Shown here one piece after another: positions 59,177 to 64,000 of a DNA stretch of 64,000 nt. Every line of letters begins with the position of its first letter. The stretch's first letter is position 1. Under the pieces are notes generated by a model that saw nothing but the letters and a program-made list of their open reading frames with translations, did not search any database and was not told the origin of the DNA. Source of the stretch: Candidatus Nanohalarchaeota archaeon (GTDB lineage Archaea > Nanohalarchaeota > Nanosalinia > Nanosalinales > Nanosalinaceae); contig JALDAJ010000001.1 of assembly GCA_022729235.1 (NCBI GenBank), forward strand, positions 224,001 through 288,000. Direction: 5' to 3'. The position numbers and the translations under genes were made by a program.

Positions 59177-59995
59177 ATGAAGTACGTCGAGATGCAGGGT
59201 GAGAAAGTCCCGGCGCTCGGGTTCGGTACGTGGCAGATAAAAGGGAGAAACTGTGTGGAAGGTGTAAAGGATGCGCTTGACATGGGCTACCGGCACATCG
59301 ACACGGCGCAGGCGTACGGCAATGAGGCGGAGGTAGGAAAGGCTATCGCGGAGTCGGATGTTTCCCGGGAGAACATCTGGCTGACCACCAAGGTATGGCG
59401 TGACAACTTGAACCGCGAGAACCTTAAAGACTCTGTTGAGAAAAGCCTTGAGAAACTGGGAACCAACTACGTTGATTTACTACTCATACACTGGCCCTTC
59501 CCGGAGATAGAACTTGAACCTGTCCTGGAAGAGATGAACGACCTCGTGGAAGAGAACCAGGCGTTCAACATCGGGGTCAGCAACTTTACTGCAGAGCAAA
59601 TAGAGAGGGTGCAGGAGTTATCCCGTGTAAAACTCCTGGCGAACCAGGCGGAGTATCACCCGTTCCTGAGTCAGGAAAAGGTTCTCGAAACATGCAGGGC
59701 GCACGACATGATGCTGACCGCGTATTCCCCGCTGGCGAGAGGCGACGTTATAGGAAACGAGACCCTGGAAGAGATAGGTTCGCGCTACGGTAAGACTGAG
59801 GCACAGATCGCTCTCCGTTGGCTGGTGCAGCAGGAAGGTGTCAGTGCGATACCAAAAGCTGCGAGCCATGTTCACCGGGAGGATAACTTCAATATCTTCG
59901 ACTTCGAGTTAACCAGTGAAGAGATGGAGCGTATCCATAACCTCACAAGAGGCGACAGGAAGGTAAATCCCTCGTTTGCACCCGACCGGGACTGA
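59177..59995 (+). CDS. Aldo/keto reductase
   Basis: GFGTW, GYRHIDTAQAY, DLLLIHWP, IGVSNF, AYSPL, IPK. Confidence 0.95.
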   Translation: MKYVEMQGEKVPALGFGTWQIKGRNCVEGVKDALDMGYRHIDTAQAYGNEAEVGKAIAESDVSRENIWLTTKVWRDNLNRENLKDSVEKSLEKLGTNYVDLLLIHWPFPEIELEPVLEEMNDLVEENQAFNIGVSNFTAEQIERVQELSRVKLLANQAEYHPFLSQEKVLETCRAHDMMLTAYSPLARGDVIGNETLEEIGSRYGKTEAQIALRWLVQQEGVSAIPKAASHVHREDNFNIFDFELTSEEMERIHNLTRGDRKVNPSFAPDRD

Positions 59996-60085
59996 GATAT
60001 ATCTCTGCACAGGCTAGCATCTGTCCTTCTATAGTTACCGAGTTAAGGAGAACCGGACCAGTTACATACCAGATCGAATTCAAGG

Positions 60086-60556
60086 GTGTCGCCATTGGAC
60101 AAGACCACTATCTCCGCGAGACTGCCGACAAAGCTAGTGAAGCTGATAGACAACATGTCAGACAACCGTACCGAGTTCTTGACAGAGGCTGTTATACGCA
60201 GAATCCACGACGAGGAACTCGTGAGAGAGGAAATCGAGAGGCAGAAAAGGGAGCGCGACCAGCTCATCAATGAGAAGCAGAGGATAGAGAAAGAGATAGA
60301 GGAGAAACGCGACGATATAAGGGAGTTGGAGAACATACTGACCGAGGTTCGGTCGCTTAACAAGGTCAGGGACAAGATACCTGACCAGGAGATACATAAG
60401 ATAAGGAAGATTGTCCGGAAGAACAAGTACGACAACGACCCGCGCAGCCTTTCTCCCCAGGCAGTTATCGAACACAACGCAGATAACCTAGCTAACCGGT
60501 ACGATGTTGAAAAAGAGAAAGTGGTGGAAATACTCAAGATACAGGCGTCTACGTAA
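60086..60556 (+). CDS. Ribbon-helix-helix plus coiled-coil protein
   Basis: TTISARLP..LV..ID....RTEFL.EAV, then coiled coil. Confidence 0.7.
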   Translation: MSPLDKTTISARLPTKLVKLIDNMSDNRTEFLTEAVIRRIHDEELVREEIERQKRERDQLINEKQRIEKEIEEKRDDIRELENILTEVRSLNKVRDKIPDQEIHKIRKIVRKNKYDNDPRSLSPQAVIEHNADNLANRYDVEKEKVVEILKIQAST

Positions 60557-60831
60557 CACAGCCTCTTATCATTATTACATCACCGCATGATTCTCTCCCT
60601 AACCTGTTTTAGTCCAGAGAAACCGCGTCATAAATACAAGACCTCTTCTGTAATAGCTCCCGACCCTCGATGTAAAACATCTCTCTGTATTATTACGAAG
60701 AGTACCCGGTAATAATACACAACAAGATAATATCACAAGGTCAAGGAAACAACTCTACTCCCAGGAGAATTTAATACGAGATACCAAAGGTAATAAAGAG
60801 AGTTACGTGCAAAAAATCCGATAAAAACTTA

Positions 60832-60978
60832 TCAATCTTCCTGCGAGTCCTCGTACTTCTCCGCCTTTCTGATAAGCTCCTCGATAACACCGGAGAAGCT
60901 CTGTCCCGGTCGCTTCCTTTCCTTCAATCTCTCATAAATCTGGTTTTTAATCCCTATATTCGTTGTATACTTACCCAT
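60832..60978 (-). CDS. 48-aa RHH / VapB-antitoxin-like protein (not in the ORF track)
   Basis: MGKYTTNIGIKNQIYERLKERKRPGQSFSGVIEELIRKAEKYEDSQED. Confidence 0.78.
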   Translation of the reverse strand: MGKYTTNIGIKNQIYERLKERKRPGQSFSGVIEELIRKAEKYEDSQED

Positions 60979-61066
60979 GAGTAATACTTAATCCGTTACG
61001 TAAAAAAGACCACAACAAAGACAGTTATAAACATACACGATTCCTTGTGTAGTTAAAGTGATCTAA

Positions 61067-61264
61067 ATGGAGTTCTCGAAACTATCGATGAGAAAAATCA
61101 TCCGTTCACAGGGTGACAAACGAATCTCGGAAAAAAGCACTGGAAAACTCGGAGAGGTACTGGACAGGTTCGCAGGCGATGTAGCTGAAGAAGCCATCGC
61201 AGTAGCCAGAGAGAATGGAAGAAAGACTGTCCGGGCTGAGGATATCAAGCAAGCGCTGAAATAA
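61067..61264 (+). CDS. Archaeal histone (HMf-like singlet)
   Basis: RIS.K, A..A...A...GRKTVRAEDI. Confidence 0.93.
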   Translation: MEFSKLSMRKIIRSQGDKRISEKSTGKLGEVLDRFAGDVAEEAIAVARENGRKTVRAEDIKQALK

Positions 61265-61340
61265 TTGTAATACAAAACCTCTTTTATTCAGCACTATACC
61301 TCTATATGTATTACAAGATAGCAGAACCAAGAGAATAAAG

Positions 61341-61525
61341 CGCCCAGGCCAGGGCTCGAACCTGGGACCACGACGTTGCTGTACCGAAGACCAGTGATCA
61401 CACCGTTTCCTAGAAACGGTGTTCGAGCATCGCTCTTGAAGAACGATGCGATCTTCTTGAACACCATTCTCGGCGAGAATGGCGTGTTTAACAGCGTCGC
61501 GCTCTACCTGCTGAGCTACCTGGGC
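61341..61525 (-). tRNA. tRNA-Asn(GTT) with 112-nt intron 61377-61488
   Basis: GCCCAGG/CCTGGGC, CGACG/CGTCG stem, anticodon GTT, CTGT/ACAG helix. Confidence 0.92.
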
Positions 61526-61669
61526 GTGGAACTGTAAAGACGAGATTGCTAGCTATTTTTTTAAACGTGAATGAAAGATAAAGGGAAAAATCCGGGACCG
61601 GTTAGTCCGTCGGATCAGCCGTAACTACTGATTAGCCCGGGAAACACATCACGAGTTTCGGACGGCAGG

Positions 61670-62800
61670 TTAGTCGAGGAAGTTCTTGTTCTCTATCTTC
61701 TCTGGCAGGTAGGTGTTAGCCACGAATTCAAGTGACTGCGAAGCAAGTGCCTGCTGTTCCACTCTTACACCCATGTCAATCATCTTCTGGAACTGGTTCT
61801 GCCATTCCTCGGTCTGCATCCAGTCGTACTCCATGACATCCTGGATTCTCTTGTAGTCCTTCGTCGGACCTCCTGCATCCTTCGGCTTGCCCTTTAGGTT
61901 TTCGGTGACGTTGTGGAGGTCGTACTCTTCTATATCCTCCATTGTCATACCGATGAGCTTGGCTTCCGGCGTCGCTAACCTATCCGACTGGAATGCTAGT
62001 GACATCGAACCGGATTTGAGGACTGAGTAGATGTAGTATCCCCATGGGTCGCCGTCCGTGAAGACGTAGACGGGTAGATCCAGCTCGTTATTCATCATGT
62101 TGATGAGTCTTCTGGCACCTCTTGCAGGCTGTCCTCCTGTCCCTATGATTATAGCGTTGTGGTCCTTGTGGAAGTCCTCTTCAACCAGCCTGTTAACCAT
62201 CGCCGAGGTCTCGACTACGAGGACGAAGTCTGCATTGCATTCTACGAACTCGAAGTGGTCAACGATAGAGTTGATAGCCATTCCGGAGGTTCCCATGTTC
62301 ATTCCATCGATTTCGTCACCGGAGTCATTGATGACTATAGGTCCGAAAAGCCGTCCTTTCGGCTCAGCGAATAGGTGCAGATCTTCCCTGATAGCTCCTG
62401 TCGCAGTCTCTATGTCAACAACAACGTTGTTGGACTCGTCCTGGTCATCGAACGTGTTTTCGTCCAGCCCAGGCACACTGTGCTTGAGCTGGTAGTATAC
62501 CTCTCTGATTGCCGCTGTTCTTCCCTGTTCGACCAACTCCTTGGTCTTTGAGGCAACCATCAGCGTCTGCATGAACTTTCTCGCGTGAGAGATATTCAGG
62601 AATTTCCTTGTTGAGTAGCTGTCTCCAAGCTCTAACCGTCCATCTTCTTCATCGTACTCGACGTTACTCTTGGACCTGACCTTTGTCTCTATCGTAAGGT
62701 TGTCCTCTTCAGGATCGTCAAGCTGTCTCTGGATTTTCTTTCCCAGCCGGGTCAGTTTATCTACCGTCCGTTCATCGTTCTCAAATTCTTTCTTTGGCAT
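61670..62800 (-). CDS. top6A: DNA topoisomerase VI subunit A
   Basis: REVYY, VVET, GQPARGAR, TDGDPWG, EQQAL. Confidence 0.97.
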   Translation of the reverse strand: MPKKEFENDERTVDKLTRLGKKIQRQLDDPEEDNLTIETKVRSKSNVEYDEEDGRLELGDSYSTRKFLNISHARKFMQTLMVASKTKELVEQGRTAAIREVYYQLKHSVPGLDENTFDDQDESNNVVVDIETATGAIREDLHLFAEPKGRLFGPIVINDSGDEIDGMNMGTSGMAINSIVDHFEFVECNADFVLVVETSAMVNRLVEEDFHKDHNAIIIGTGGQPARGARRLINMMNNELDLPVYVFTDGDPWGYYIYSVLKSGSMSLAFQSDRLATPEAKLIGMTMEDIEEYDLHNVTENLKGKPKDAGGPTKDYKRIQDVMEYDWMQTEEWQNQFQKMIDMGVRVEQQALASQSLEFVANTYLPEKIENKNFLD

Positions 62801-62869
62801 TTCAGATACACCTCGTGTTTCTGAATCCGAGAAGATCTCTGATCTTCGTTGTTCTCATTTTCATCACCT

Positions 62870-64000
62870 CTAGAGCTGTTCGGGGTTGTAGTCCCGTTCA
62901 ACTAGTTTCTGGATTTTGTTCTCCATCTCTTCTTCGTCACCTTCTCCAGCTAACTGGGCGATAGCCGGCGCCATCTCCTTCGCGTAGCTGGTAAGCTTTC
63001 GTTTCTTCTTCTCCTGTATCTTCTGTCTTTCCTTTCTTCCGATGTAGCGCCCGAGTTTTCTACCTGCTTCCTGTAGCGCGAGCCTCATCTCCTTCCTGAT
63101 ATCATCATAGTTCGCTACAGCTTCTTTACCTTCCGAAGTGAAAGGCACCCAGACCGAGGCGATGTGTACCAGAACGTATAGCGGTCCCTGAGGTCTACCT
63201 CCCGACTGGGATATGTTGTACCGGCTCCAGTCCACTTCTTCTATGGCTTTTGTCGTGACACAGGCAGATTTCTTGTATAGTAGAGGAACCTTGTTAGCGT
63301 ACCTGAGCTCGTCGAAGCTTCCTTCCTCTTCTATGTCGCCTCCCCATGCAAGTCCGACCTCTACAACGAACGGGTTGCCCTTGTATACCGTCGGCTTTCT
63401 CGTAATCGCAGTACTGAATTCCGGGTTAAGCTCCTTCTTCAGACCTTTCAGCACCAGGTCTTCACCAATCGGTGATAGGCAGTCCGTCGGCGGCGACTGG
63501 AGTTTTACGCGTTCTGCTGCGTTAAGAATCTGCTCGATCTCATCTTTTTCAAGCGTGTTAGGTCGCCTACCATCATCTACACCTGCCTCATCACATATCT
63601 CCTGCGCGCTCGTACGTCCAACACGGGTGAACTCCTGCTGCAGGAACGAGGATACCGTCCTTGCGCTTGAGCTTTCCACCATCCTCATCACGACACCGAG
63701 TTCGACGCCGTGAAGGTGTGGCTTGATCTCCTTCGGCTTCTCAGGAAGCTCCTTTGATACTCGCGGGTACTCTATCTTGTTCCCGCTCGGCTCCCTGAGC
63801 ACTATACGGGCGTACGGGTTCATGATAGCCGTGTGCTTCAGGTAGTTACGAACAGAGTGGTGTCCCTTCGTGTATTTTGCCTCGATATCCATTTCGATAG
63901 TCGTCCCGTGGTCGAAGTAGTAATCCTTGTCTCCAGGGAACTCGTCACTATCTTCATCGATAACCTCATCCTCAATAATTTCCGGCTCGTTTTCCTCCGT
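62870..64000 (-). CDS. top6B: DNA topoisomerase VI subunit B (5' end lies outside the window)
   Basis: NPYARI, KPHLHGVE, CLSPIG, RYANKVPL, VPFTSEGKE. Confidence 0.96.
   Translation of the reverse strand, partial: TEENEPEIIEDEVIDEDSDEFPGDKDYYFDHGTTIEMDIEAKYTKGHHSVRNYLKHTAIMNPYARIVLREPSGNKIEYPRVSKELPEKPKEIKPHLHGVELGVVMRMVESSSARTVSSFLQQEFTRVGRTSAQEICDEAGVDDGRRPNTLEKDEIEQILNAAERVKLQSPPTDCLSPIGEDLVLKGLKKELNPEFSTAITRKPTVYKGNPFVVEVGLAWGGDIEEEGSFDELRYANKVPLLYKKSACVTTKAIEEVDWSRYNISQSGGRPQGPLYVLVHIASVWVPFTSEGKEAVANYDDIRKEMRLALQEAGRKLGRYIGRKERQKIQEKKKRKLTSYAKEMAPAIAQLAGEGDEEEMENKIQKLVERDYNPEQL

Noticed and set aside
60686-60719. Xer dif site
   Set aside because: Spacer is 12 bp rather than the 6 bp of 11-6-11 dif sites.

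Overview
Chromosomal segment of an extremely halophilic archaeon, most likely Nanohaloarchaeota (DPANN). The assignment is inferred from the strongly acidic proteome, the separate and divergent 16S and 23S genes, and short intergenic regions. Housekeeping content: secY-DUF106-cbf5; rps13-rps4-rps11-rpoD-rpl18e-rpl13-rps9-rpoN; 16S and 23S rRNA; RNase P RNA; 10 tRNAs, 7 with 37/38 introns; Sec61-beta; a histone; topoisomerase VI; deoxyhypusine synthase; argG-argH-argS; and a type IV pilus locus. Metabolic content: a split ATP-citrate-lyase-like operon, a ThDP decarboxylase/SSADH pair, malic enzyme, glutamate dehydrogenase and lipoate ligases. The main unexplained signal is a family of short palindromic elements with core (G/C)A-GAAR-N-loop-N-YTTC-GA, often preceded by a bulged hairpin. 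About 14 copies occur in tRNA introns, the RNase P RNA, both pre-rRNA spacers, an mRNA leader and intergenic junctions. Several copies lie between an inverted and a direct copy of the neighbouring tRNA end or ribosome-binding site, with a fixed DNA polarity. This suggests an undescribed REP-like or template-switching element that builds tRNA introns from modules. No mobilising enzyme is recognisable in this window. All alignments and folds were done by eye.
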